Origin: Takakia lepidozioides
Taxonomy: Eukaryota > Plantae > Bryophyta
Direction of reading: 5' to 3'
Length of the DNA stretch: 64,000 nucleotides
Assembly: GCA_030704615.1 (NCBI GenBank)
Contig: CM060734.1
Coordinates: 36,084,001-36,148,000, forward strand
The notes beneath the pieces are model-generated. The model did no database searches. It had not been told where the DNA came from and saw only the letters and a list, made by a program, of their open reading frames with translations. This document shows, in pieces, positions 12,290 to 24,058 of the stretch (the first letter of the stretch is position 1; every line of letters starts with the position of its first letter). A program made the position numbers and the translations under genes.

Positions 12290-12473
12290 TGTTAAATTTG
12301 TGGAGAGAGACTGACTTTAATTGATAATGAAGAAGATGTTACAATATTGAGCGTGTACTCACTTGAAAACATATGAACAGTCGTGACACACATATCACAA
12401 CTTTTTATCTAAGGGTTGTGTCTTTTCATGATTCACCGTCTGAAACGTTGAATGTTAGAATTGACTTCCAACA
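12290..12473 (+). repeat. TG...CA solo-LTR-like repeat (184 bp)
   Basis: Begins tgttaaa and ends tccaaca. Homologous to 8396-8506 and 11576-11671(-), with a short match near 34883-34914. Confidence 0.6.
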
Positions 12474-12486
12474 AAATTTTATTCTG

Positions 12487-12630
12487 GGTAGCCAATGGTG
12501 ATAGCCACATACCGCCTCGGAAGCGGTTGTGGGTTCAATCCACCAATTAGTGGTACAAAAATGTCCACCTTGTGGCCGGAAGACAATAGTCCTTCAGGGT
12601 CAAGAGACACCATAATTTACGCTTCTTTCA
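12487..12630 (+). mobile_element. tRNA-derived SINE-like element (copy 2)
   Basis: A-box-like gtagccaatgg, B-box ggttcaatcc, and tail agggtcaagagacaccataatttacgcttc. Confidence 0.6.
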
Positions 12631-13889
12631 AGGAGGGATCATAAATGTTTTTATATTCATACAAATGTCTATTTAATCACATATTATAGGACAAGCTCTT
12701 TATGGTCATTATGTTATATTATCACTATGTCACGCTCATTTTTCTACTTGAAATCACTTCTCTTTGTTTTAGTTCGAGCTCATATAGCTATAGAACGATT
12801 TTTTTGAAGATCGTAGCCGAAATAGATCACATTGTCTTTGACTTCACTCATCTCTCATATCAAAAAGCTTTACTAGATCCCCCTCATGGACTACCTATAC
12901 ACATCATGTATATTTAACATTGGTTACATAGAGCATGACAGCTTGCCACAAGAGCTCACAAATCGATCCTAGCCTTTTGCAATGAACACTTGAGATTGTA
13001 GACCTGTAGGGAATTCCAAAAAGGCCTTGGTGTGAAATGCATCTCCATTGATCACGGACTAAGAGTGCACCAATTCAATTGATCTATAAAAATATTTTGA
13101 GCTCAACCTAGTTAGCAATTCCATTGAATTATGGGCATGCAATTCAATTGGATTTGAATATATAATTATTGAATTTAAACATATATTTATTAATATACAA
13201 ACTATGTATTCAAATTTATATATGTAGCATACGTGTACCAATATCAAATGCATAATACGAGTTAAAAAAATGTGCAACCTTGTCCGTCTTTTCTCTTTGT
13301 CAATGACAAGGCCTGAGTTCTCACGAAGCTTGAAGCCTCAATGAGATGAGCTCGTGAGGGGACACCTCACGGGCAAAGCACGAAAGGCATGTCGCGGATA
13401 TCAGGGCAGGCACAAGAAGCTAGCATGGTGTATACCGATGCTATTTCTACAGTTATGGATACCCTCGGTAGTCTGCGTTGTTTTCAACAAAAGCTGTGTT
13501 TGTCAAACCATTGTTGTCTCGTTGTTGTGCATCTTTTTGTCCCTCTCTCCCATACATGCAAATATGCACACAATGTACCAAATTATAATATAACAATCGT
13601 CGTTGGACAACAATATTTGAGAACGAAATGTGTTGGCGTATCCCTGTAGGTGTGTCCACCCGTAAATTAATTATATAGAGACATGTCGTGCGCATACATA
13701 TCTCTACACAACTACATCGTTGTCCAATCTACACAATCGTACAAAAGACACACTTAATGTCCATCACAATCGAAATGAAGCACAAAACCAAATCAACATG
13801 AACCTTTGCATTTCACTCATACCATCACATAGAGTGCATCTATCTTCAACTTAGCTTCAATTAGCTTCAATGCAAGTTTATGAAGTTTC

Positions 13890-14620
13890 TACTACTTGAA
13901 CACCTTCAACTTCGTCTGAGGATGTCAAATTTAGGAGTGCCATGATATTATGGATTGCTAACAAGTAGTATGATGCATGTCCTGTCAATGCCTTTTAGAC
14001 TTCAGATTTGATTTAAGAGTTTTAGTGGGCCCCCATCAGAGAATATATCATGGATGCATGTTTCGGGACTGCTTTCCTTGAATACCTTCAAGGGTGGCTC
14101 TACTTATCCAATTTAGGAGTGCCATGGCATTTTGGATTGCTAACAAATAGTAGATGCACATATCAATTCCTTTTAGGCTTTAGATGTTTTTCAAGAGTTT
14201 TAGTTGGCTCCCTCGGTGAATATTTTTATAAGATTCGGGGTTGCAGCTTCCTCCTTGAACACCTTGAATGGAGGCTCTACTTGTCCAATTCAGGAATGCC
14301 ATGACATTTTGGGTTTCTAACAAGTAGCATGATGCACCTCTCAATTTTTCTTAGGCTTCAGATGTTTTTCAAGAGTTTTAGTTGGCCCTCTCAGTGAATA
14401 TGTTATTTCTGCAAGTTTCGGGGTTGTCTCCTAATATTAATTCCTTTTAGGGCTTCATATAGTTTTCGTTGCCTCCCATTAGAGATGATGTCATTTCTGC
14501 AAATTTCGAGGTTGCTTCCTCCTTGGACACCTTGAATGGGGGTTGTACTTATCCAATTCGGATGTGCAATGGCATTATAGATTTCTAGAAAGGAGTATAA
14601 GATGCATACCATGGCCTTTC
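13890..14620. repeat. Imperfect ~180-bp tandem repeat (about 4 units), probably inside the Harbinger element
   Basis: Recurring cttgaacaccttcaa...tccaatttaggagtgccatg..atttt ggattgctaacaagtag...tcaagagttttagt near 13895, 14077, 14254 and 14522. Confidence 0.8.
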
Positions 14621-14730
14621 AAGGTTTAGGCTCTTTTTCATTTATGTAGTTCCTGTCCATTTTAAACTTGAGGTTAGGTAGTTTTGTATGAGGGTTTTTC
14701 AATAATACCAATGTTTGGGATTGTGTCTAG

Positions 14731-14990
14731 GTACTCATGTGGATCAGGAGCGTCAATCTTCAGAGGAGAGAGGACGTCCAGCGATGTCCACAACACCAAA
14801 AAACGGCGATTATCTGGAAAAGTTGTTGAATGAGCTATTCATGCAATGGAGAAAAACAGGAAGGAGATGGTGACAGCACTGGCAGCCAGACAAGATCGGA
14901 AGGATGCTCGCCATCGAGAGGCAATGGAATTGGAGAAAGAACGACTTGCTCGAGATGACATTCGTTATCGAGAAAGCTCTCTCAATCAAA
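14731..14990 (+). pseudogene. C-terminal coiled-coil exon of a Harbinger-type Myb/SANT-like accessory protein (truncated)
   Basis: After acceptor tctag: ...NTKKRRLSGKVVE*AIHAMEKNRKEMVTALAARQDRKDARHREAMELEKERLARDD. It is convergent with a Harbinger transposase remnant and resembles the C-terminus of the trihelix gene at 39990-42838. Confidence 0.55.
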
Positions 14991-16219
14991 GATTTGATGA
15001 ACCTTCAACAAACCTTGGCACATGTTGAATCAACAACCCCAAACCTTTCTCATATTGTCATAAAAGAATCTCCTGCAGCAAGGCGTCTTAAAGCCATTGC
15101 AACCTGCTTTGGAACAACAATTGTTCTCAAACCTAGAGGAAGTTTCTTCTCCATATCGGAAGCAACCAGATTGCAAAAAAAATGTATTCGAATGTGGGAA
15201 CAGAGACACGGAAAAATTTATGAATCTTGATCTTGACCCTGTGCTCCTTGGTTTTGGTTACGACCTCCACCACGACCTCTGCCTCCTCTACCTCTCTGGA
15301 CTACATTGCGTCGTCCTCGGCCGAACTGGCCAGGCCGCAGCTCAGGATGCAAGTCATAACAATGGACCTCTTCATGCCCATACTTGCCACAATGCACACA
15401 CTGTGGTTGTGTAGGCTGTGCCTGTGCCGGCCCTTTGCCTCTCTCCGGGCAATCTCTCTTAACATGGGGTCCTCCACAATCCCAACATGTCACATCCGAC
15501 TGTTGTTGGCCTGAGAATGAAGGAAGTGACCTCTACAATTGAGATCATCTATGTCCTTCCCTGGGCTTCGCCTGAGGTTGCCTTGAGAACGTTGGGGTAG
15601 TGGTTGTTGTTGGCTAGGAGCCCCACTTCGTTGTGTCTCCTTACCAAACCCCACCATGACCACTCGCTCCTCTATAGGTGGTTGGTCCGGAATTATTGTG
15701 GCCGGCCAACCCTAGAGCGTGATGTCGGTGGTGAGGCTGGGGTGATGACCAGCAGACCATCATTGTTTCTTTTATGGTGAGGCCGGGGTGATGACCAGTA
15801 GATCATAGGAGTATCTGCGGTGGATGCAGGTGCAGGTGCAGGTGCAAGTGCAGGTTCATGTTAGGAATTAGCTAAGATCGTCTTTCAAGTCAAGATTTGA
15901 ATATTGATCCCACCAGTGAATTGATCTCGGCTCGATGTACCATGGGCCAAAATCAACACCAAGGATTTCCGTCTTTGTTGTTTTTTTCACAAGAACTGCA
16001 TATGTCAATTCCTCATGGTCCTCCATCACACTCAAGTTTCAACAATAGATCCACAATTTCTCTACTGCTTCTCCTCTTCAATCCTCTTGTCCTGGAAATG
16101 TGAGAGACTAATTGTCTCTCGTTGACATTTTGTGTGGTAACCAATTGCATAGCTGTATCAATCGTAGCAAGTCTTGCTGCGATCAAAGATGCATAGGTTG
16201 CTTGATGCTTGTGATTCAT
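14975..16219 (-). mobile_element. PIF/Harbinger transposase (HARBI1/ALP1-like) N-terminal half, decayed and interrupted
   Basis: WYIEPRSIHWWDQYSNLDLKDD (~15942-15878). After an insertion, KFFRVSVPTFEYI/CNLVASDMEKKLPLGLRTIVVPKQVAMALRRLAAGDSFMTI*ERFGVVDSTCAKVC*RFIKSLIER (~15220-14975), the typical Harbinger HTH region. The DDE domain is missing. Confidence 0.8.
15225..15870 (-). mobile_element. LTR-retrotransposon gag fragment with two zinc knuckles, nested in the Harbinger transposase
   Basis: CWDCGGPHVKRDC and CVHCGKYGHEEVHC knuckles followed by an RGG-rich tract. Upstream is Pro/Ala/Gln-rich. Confidence 0.75.
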
Positions 16220-16732
16220 GGTATCACTTGAAATAATAAGAAAGTAGCCACCACCGTCAAGCTCCGAGCGATGTACTGTTATGAAACATATTCTGATTTG
16301 TTTTGGCTCTCTACTTCCTGTGTTCACCAACAACAAGTACTCGTCAAGTATAACTCTATCAAACCGTCTATAACAGGTCGTGTAAGGTCTGCAACCGGCA
16401 CATACAGGTAAGTGGACACTGCAATCAATTCGCGGTACTCGTGCGCTGAGCTCCCATATCATCCCATTTTATCGGGGTGCTCTACAAACACGCTAGCTCG
16501 GTGACCGGGGCCTGCCACACGATACATGGAAGTACCCTGCCATTTTTGTCCGTTTCCTCCTTAAACGGTGGGCCGGGTATATGGAAGGCCGCTCCAAGAC
16601 CCGACGGATATCCGACCAATACCCGTCAATACCCAGCAGATTTTTACATCTGGTCCGGGTCCGTGTATTACCAACATGATAAACAGCGGATCCGGATATG
16701 CACCCAGTTATTAATATTAGGGCTCTCCCGAA

Positions 16733-16872
16733 CTGAGCGTAAATTATGGTGTCTCTTCACCACAAGGGCTACTGCCAGCTGAAAGGTGTCACCTTCATGA
16801 CACACCAAACCGTGGTTTGAACCCACAACCACATCGAACGTGGTATGTGCCCATTATCACTGAGCTACATGC
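16733..16872 (-). mobile_element. tRNA-derived SINE-like element (copy 3)
   Basis: Minus strand reads gtagctcagtg (A box)...ggttgtgggttcaaacc (B box)...gaagagacaccataatttacgctc. Confidence 0.65.
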
Positions 16873-16971
16873 TGGTTGTCCACCAAATGAATATCTAACA
16901 CCAAAGATGTTTTATACCTATAACCGGCGGGCCTAACAGTGGTGGATACCTAGTCCATATTTAGTAGGAGC

Positions 16972-17045
16972 AGCCTGATTTGTGAGCTGTGACTCCCAAG
17001 TGTTTCCCTTTTTCTTAAAAAATATAAAAAAGGGAACCATGGAAA
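16972..17045 (+). repeat. Dispersed repeat shared with 52543-52625
   Basis: gcctgatttgtgagctgt..ctccca.gtgtttcccttt...aaaaata occurs at both loci. Confidence 0.7.
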
Positions 17046-18931
17046 AATAACCGTATGAAATGTCCATGCTGGGGTAACACCCTAACCCAACCACCAAGGG
17101 ATATCTTCAAATTTCAATAGTGGATTCACCCTAAGATTTTGTTAATTTTTATTGTTTTAAAGTAAACAACTGGGAGGGCGCGGAATCAATGGGACCCCTA
17201 CAGAGGAAAAACTAACCTCTTTCCAAGTACACTGCTCAAGGGCACAACCCAGGGAAGGGGAAGAATATAATGCATGTCATGATTTTGACCCACAACAGGT
17301 TCTCAGGATGAATAGGCATCAAAATTTTATTTGTTGGATGAGTAAGGGCCAGTACTGGTAACTTAGGGCTAGGTATTCTTCATCCTCCAAAGCGTTGCCT
17401 GAAAAACAAGTAGAAGAACCATCCAAAAGCAACATAAAACAAAAACATTTCACCCAACTAGAACATTATAATCTCTTACATTTTACGGTCAAAAGCTCTA
17501 AATTTTTCACACTGACAGAATAAGTCAGTGAGCCCCAGTGTATACGGTCAGTTTTCCTGGATCTCATGTGGGTGCCAGATATGGAGGTTTTAGTGGGCAG
17601 GGGTTGGCCCAAGTAACTTATGCTCGTCTTGTACCTGCAAATGGAAATGAACCACTAGGTATCGTCTGGCGTCACCTTCCTGGTCATGTCTGAAACCTAC
17701 GCAAAAACCCTAATTCTCTAGAATCCTTTTCAACGAAATTGCAGATGCCTTCCTGGTCTTTCGAGATGACAGAATCAGGTAACTCGAGCACCGCTTACTA
17801 CATGTGTGTTGGCACGGTTCAGGCTGGCCAGTCTGAGGATGGAGATGGGAAGATGGGACGGGACAAGTGCAGCGTGCTAAATGTTTATGCCCGGCCTGTG
17901 CTAGGGAAGACACAAGAGGTTGAGATCGAGGAACGCATTTCTTCTTTCACTGTCCACTCTACTACGAAATCCGCGGCCGCTACTACTCCCTCTTCAGTCT
18001 CTGACAGATTTTCATTATGAGGACCGGAGTGGCATATTTGCATGAGGCTCTCGAACTTGGAGATCTCTCGATATTATAAACTAGGTTTGGGCTTCTTTGA
18101 AGGCCCCACTTTTCCTTGTTTCTTGCTTTCTTTGTCTTGAGCTTTCCGCGGACGTTGTGAAGTTTACTTTATTCTTCTCCTTTCTCCTCGTGTCTCTGGC
18201 ATTGTACTACTCGCGTGGCTTCTGCGACATGGAGAGGTTCGCAGCCATGTTTGGAGTAAGAAGTGCAACTTGCAAGATGTTACAAGATATGGGGCTCCAA
18301 CCTCCACGACAAGCTCCTTCTGCTCGACAGTCGCGGCTGCAGCAAGCCCCACAGGTTCTCATCTCATCTCAGCTCTATCCTTTTCCATCCCAAGTGTCCT
18401 GGCGGTACTGCAAGATAGAGGGCTAGAGGAGCGGTGCTGGACTCATACCCGTGATTCCTACGATTGCGTCCATGCCAGGCCTTCAACAGTCAATCCCCAG
18501 GATTTGGTTTTGGTACTTTAGGGGTAATAATCTCGTGTACATCAGAGACAGCAGTCGCAGAGGATGGGCAATGATGCTCCATGTGAGTGTGCAACGTATG
18601 GTGATCATTGAATTGTGGGTGCAGCTCCATGACTTGCATCTGTATACCTTGCATCCTACTGGTAGCGCAAACCGCAGTCAAGGCCTATTGAAAATAGGAG
18701 GTCATAGCCCTACAAATGGGCATGACTGAGCTCACTAAAGTCTAGAGGAGTACCAGCTGAAGAGTCATGTGGGTTACCATAGAATGGATCAGAAGACTGA
18801 GAGACCTTGAGATCAGTGTGTCTATGTACTCTGGCCTCCAATTTCCTACCACAAACTTGCATTGGGAATATAATAAACCTGTATGTGCCCTCAATGGATA
18901 GAAGGATACTATCTATCTAGCTCTGGATAGA

Positions 18932-19013
18932 ACCCACCCCCAAAAGGGGGCAGTACGCACAAGGGGAAGAGGCTCTTATTTAGGCTAACTGCAGTTGGCT
19001 CTCTCTCTCTCTC
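18932..19013 (+). repeat. 3' end of the (CT)n-tailed retroposon family (copy 3)
   Basis: cccacccccaaaagggggcagtacgcacaaggggaagaggctcttatttaggctaactgcagttggc(tc)n. Confidence 0.65.
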
Positions 19014-19080
19014 CCTTTCATACTACCGGTGTCAGCCCCTGACAAAGGTAGTTTCTGTCCCTTTGTGTTCCGGTCAAACT

Positions 19081-19198
19081 GGGGGCAGGGTCTAAGGCCA
19101 CAAGGCTACGGCAAACAATGTCTTATGAGTACATTTCTGGGGGCACGGGGTCTAAAGGCCAGAAGGCTTTGGAAAACAAGTCTTATGAGTACATTCTC
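19081..19198. repeat. Two-copy ~58-bp tandem repeat
   Basis: ggggca..gggtctaa.ggcca.aaggct..gg.aaacaa.gtcttatgagtacatt occurs twice. Confidence 0.8.
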
Positions 19199-19899
19199 TC
19201 TCTCGTCCTTGGCTTGCCGGTCACAATAATTTCTCTTTCTTTTCTTCTCTCCAATAATCTCTTTTTCTCGTCTGTCTTCTGTTCTCCACCCACTGATTAG
19301 TGGAGATTAGTAGATTAGCATCGACATTCCAGATGATCAATCTACCCTGAGTGATATCGTAAGAGGTACATACTATACTGGATGAAAGAGATGCCCAGGA
19401 GGGGATCAACAAAGGATTGGATAGAAATTTCTGTGGAAGAAGCTTCTTTCGAGAAGCTGTCGAGACCACACTTTAAAGGACCAGTCTGATTACTGTGGAC
19501 TGGTGGGAGAGCAACTGCAGCCACACCTATATTTAAAGTTAGATTACAGATGAAGCCCTAAATCCAATGATGAAATTGTTATATTTGAAGTAAGACCTAG
19601 GCTTTTGCACTGTGCCTAATTTGTTCCAGAACACTACATGAGAAATTTTGCTTAGCCTCCCCTGAGATGAGAGCATCCTACACCAGGATCCCTTTTTCTC
19701 AGGCATCCAAGAGTAGAGGTTCAGCAGATTTTGCCTTCTCAGGGTTTGTCATTTACATTGCCAAATTTCTATGAATAACAAGAGTACTTGAAGAAACGGA
19801 AAAATGGGGGGAAAATCAAGGCTGTATGTACATGAGTATGTTCAAAGAAAATCTGTCGTCCAGCATCTGTAGATATGAAATAATACTTTGTTTTTCCCC

Positions 19900-20720
19900 T
19901 CAAATATTTCGACGCGTAAAATATATTTGTAAGAAGGGATCTTGGTGGCGGCTGGCTTTCAACATCTCAGCGCTCATGAAGTTCCAAGAGTCATTGACGG
20001 TGGGAGTTTACTCCTCCCAAAAGTGGAAAATGTAAGAAGGATCTTGTCTCTGACGTATTTTGTAATGGATTGCAGTAGATAAGAGATTATCTATATCAAA
20101 AGGTTACTTAAGGCGTCTCTTGGCACCCTATGTGAAAGAAAAGTGCTTGTACAAGAGAGAGTTACTGCCTAAGTACTTTAAGCCATTTTTTCTTTGCTTC
20201 CAAGGGACACGTTTGAAATTAGAGCGTTCAGGGAGTGTCTAAACCATGCAGATGACGATGAATTGTTTCATGAGAGATCAGTGCATTCGGGAGAAAAGGC
20301 TTTCTTGTGTGCAAAGTATGAAGGCCCTGAGGCAAAACAACAATTTGAAGGGCAACCTGTGCGATCTATAATTTCCTTCAGAATAGAAGGTGGTGTTAAA
20401 ATGCATATGGCTTCCTGTCACAGTTGGGTGTCCTCTTCCTAATAATTTCTAGAAACACGAGATTTTGTCACCTCTGGATCTTTTCATAGTTCTAAGATTT
20501 CCCTAACTATATTGGGGAGACAGTATGACATCAAATGAAATGCACACATCAATTTCAAAGGCCAAGTTTGATGGATCTGTTGAGATCCCGTCAAGCTAAA
20601 GCTGCAAAGCCATTTTGATAATGACTAGGCACAATGCAGGATCCACCAAGTAAGGAGGGCCCAGGGCTTAGCCAAACATTGGGATGTACAAAGGGCCTCG
20701 ACCCTTCTGTGCAGGCTTCA
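19900..20720 (+). mobile_element. Highly degenerate LINE reverse-transcriptase remnant
   Basis: Scattered, frameshifted look-alikes of RT motifs in the expected order: (R)LLAPY ~20115, HADD ~20245, PSKEGPGL.AKHW ~20650. Confidence 0.3.
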
Positions 20721-23714
20721 ACTTTGCAAAAGCTCCCTTAAGATCACTTAAACTTGTGTGCGCGATTAAGCAAGAATCTCAAGGTTGCGAAGCTTCCCCT
20801 GACCAGGAGGAACCTCTTCCAGGCCTGCTTCGAAAGGAACCAGGTGCAGCCAGCTATCAATGATCTCATTCAACCTTCCATGAACCCAATGAAGAACAAC
20901 CCTTTCGAGCGGGGGAGGGGATTGCATATGGATATGGATACTGCAAATGTATGCTCCTTTAAATTAAACATAAATGTGCATGCGACTTGAACTGAAGTTC
21001 TTAAAGACATGAAAAAACCAGCGGCGAGTACAATTTCCATATCAACAGCGCTGCATTGAAGCCCACAGAAGGACAATCTCTTAGCAGCCAACCAAAGCTC
21101 TTTCTGGCTGAGTTTTATAAAGATTTGAAGAGCACTTGCCCTTCACAACCGAGTGGTCATTGGCGGAGTCAAAGTACAGCAGTGTTGACCGACTGCTTTG
21201 TTATAACTGCGTGGTGGTGGCACTCTGAACTTCTCGGTAGTGCGTCCGTGCGGAGTGATAAAGTGGGTTTTTCCAGGGCTTGGAAGTCCTCCTCAGGCCT
21301 CCGGGGGGAGTTCCGTTACCCGTAAGGGCAATTGGCTACTAGAGAAAGACAAACAAGCTTCTAGTCCTCGCTAGGATCCACTGATCAACAAACATTTTAT
21401 GGCCCACAAAGATGGTTCTTGGATAAAGTGCAAATTGTTGCTTGCTCAAATAAGTACATCTCGCTCTCCACGTTAGCTGTACGCTTACGTAACGATTGAA
21501 ATTAATCTATGAGAGAGGGAGGAACTTTGTGTGCGCCAGTGTCTTGTACAGTGCATCGGCCTATGTTGGGGAGGAGAGCTTCCGGAAAGTCTGTAGTGTC
21601 TCAATCTTGTCAATGGTTCATCTCTAGTTTTCTCAAGTAACTGGTTCTAACGTTCTAACTTATTTCAGCACAATTTTTTTTCATTTTATTCACACCTGCT
21701 AGCATCTTTGGGGAAGTGGTCCGTTCGACAGCAGGTCGACTTGCGCATAATCATCGGATATACAGTTGACCGCCTCGTAGTTTTTGTGGAAAGTTTTCCA
21801 GTTACGTACGCTGGGCAGAAACAACTGCACATTTCCTCGACCCACCTGGCTCTCCCAAGAAAAAGAGAAATGATCTACTAATGGTGACATTCTTGTTTTG
21901 CTAGAAGTGGGCAAGCAGCGCCATATAGACTTGGGATCACGCAGCTTGGCTTCAGTAATGTCACGTCACAATGTGCAGAGGAGTGAACGAGAGAAATAAT
22001 CTCACATAAGCTTTTCAGCATCACAGCAGAGGCGCGCAGCTCGATCCTGTCATCTAATTGAATGAATTCAGAACTCTGGAACTGCTGTCGTGATCGTTTT
22101 TGTAGAAGAGTGACGACGATAAGAAGCGTCAACCGAAAGTGTGTGTGCTCTCCCTTTCAGGATCGGTTTTCCGACAATTCTATTCAAGAGATTATGTCAA
22201 GTTGGTCCCTTTCGAGTTCTGGGACTCTCTTTAGTAACTCGCCAACTGTGAATGGATGAATTAGTTCCATCTAAACCTGACCTGCAAGTTGCTATGTCAA
22301 ATAAGATATCCATGGGTTTCTTGTGTAGCAATTAATTTGAATAGGGGTTTGGGGTGATGGACAATTGCATCGATACCGTTTGGACTCACTTGCAGAGGAT
22401 CGAAGCCTGATCAATGTTGTGGCCTCTGTAAGCTTTTAGTCAGACCTCTAGTTGAATTCTTATTACAGCGCCAAGTGGGGTGGAGCTTGCCTGGGAATCC
22501 GCGGATGGTGGCCCGCAAACCAGCAAAAAACGGTCCCAAATACCTCGATGACAAGAAAAAAGGGTCAGCCACAAAGAAAGGAATCCCAAGTTGCTTACAT
22601 TCCTAGGTTTTACACTTGTATTCTATTCGTACGATGACATAAAAGCGTTGACTACTGTTCTCTCAACTTGTCACCACAGTCTGTTGTGACCGTTCACTCA
22701 ACCGTCTTGCATTGGTCCCTCATCTTAAGGGACCGAGGGGAAGGCTTGAAGCGTCACACTCTCAGTTGTGAACGTTTACTCAAGCGTCTTGCATTGGTCC
22801 CTCATCTTCAGTGATCAGAAAATTGGCATAACCCACAAGTGTAAACAGCAGGTTTTAAACTCAGTAATAAGGTTATTACCCCGGTAGTTGAAGGACCATT
22901 TTCACACAATCACCAGCACGACTGAAATAGAGTACAGAACCCGAAATTTGGTTGAAATCAATCAGCTCATGCATGTCATACCGGCTGTCTCTAACGGTAG
23001 GACTCGAAGTAGAACTTGTACTCTTATTACTTGGGCCTACTGCAAGAAAGAAATGCATTGGGCCCGAGTTCTCCCAATCTCAACAAGCATTGGATTGATT
23101 AATGATTGCCACGCACAAAGCCAACGGTAGTCCATGTGTGCATGATAACTTACAGAGGGAGAAGCACGATACGTCACAGTACACAGGCATGCACGTGTCT
23201 GTACTCATCCATGCGAGTTTATCAACCTTATCCTCGCTGTGCCTGCTCTGTCAGGACTCAGGACGGAAGCGGGGGATGAAAACAGATGTTCCATCCACGT
23301 CATCCGACGACCCATTTAGGGGTCAACTCTCCCTACCGATGGGATACGTTTGACCGAAGCAGATCTTCTTTTCTTTTCCATTTTTGGAAATGAACGTCCG
23401 TATGAAGGGTCAGTTTTTAAACTGTAAATAACTTAGGTGAGTGAAATGAGAAAATCAAAGAAAGAGAAGAAGGAGGAGGAGGAGGGCCCCATTAAGACAA
23501 CGGTTGCCTGACGGCTATAGCCTGACACATTTTGTCTCAATTTATCTACTCCAAAGTTTTTTTAATTTGTGCTAATGGGTACTAAAATGGGTATGTAACT
23601 TTTTTCTACTATCCTTCTAGCAAAATGGCAGGTGGATGATTGGAGATTAATCTGCATGCAGTTCTGCTTATGGACAAACCCCTACATCATATTGTTTTTA
23701 TGTACTATAGAACG

Positions 23715-24058
23715 GGCTCGCCCAAAGGCCGCTTACAGGGCAGAATCGGCCAAACACGGCCGTTCACTGGCGTTAAAAGCAGGTGTGGCGGATTCTCGCC
23801 CGCTACATGGCGCAATATGATTGCGGTTCGATCATCCCATATCGATTGCCCAGATTCATAGCCCTGGAGAGGATATAAACGGGCGAGCCTCATGGGAAGG
23901 AGGGCGGGTTGATGGCTGACTACATGGGCCTCGGTGGTAGGTCTGCCGTCCTCTGTGCATAATCGGCCATCCCTGCCGATTCTGCCCTGGGTGGCCTATT
24001 CTGCCTGAGAATTAGGCCGAAAAAGTGGCAGAATCTGCCACACCTGCTTTTAACGGAA
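23715..24058. mobile_element. MITE/foldback-like element
   Basis: Inverted repeat cgttaaaagcaggtgtggcggattct (23771-23796) / agaatctgccacacctgcttttaacg (24030-24055), plus ggcagaatcggc / gccgattctgccc sub-repeats. Confidence 0.7.

Noticed and set aside
12930-13060. B3-domain-like fragment (VFIAKG*DRFVSSCG) on the minus strand
   Set aside because: Too short, contains a stop, and has no supporting neighbouring exons.
22950-23150. NB-ARC-like GLPLA and MHE motifs on the minus strand
   Set aside because: The motifs are only ~45 residues apart (far too close), with an intervening stop and no P-loop; the GLPLA stretch also lies in a plausible gtaagt...ttgcag intron.
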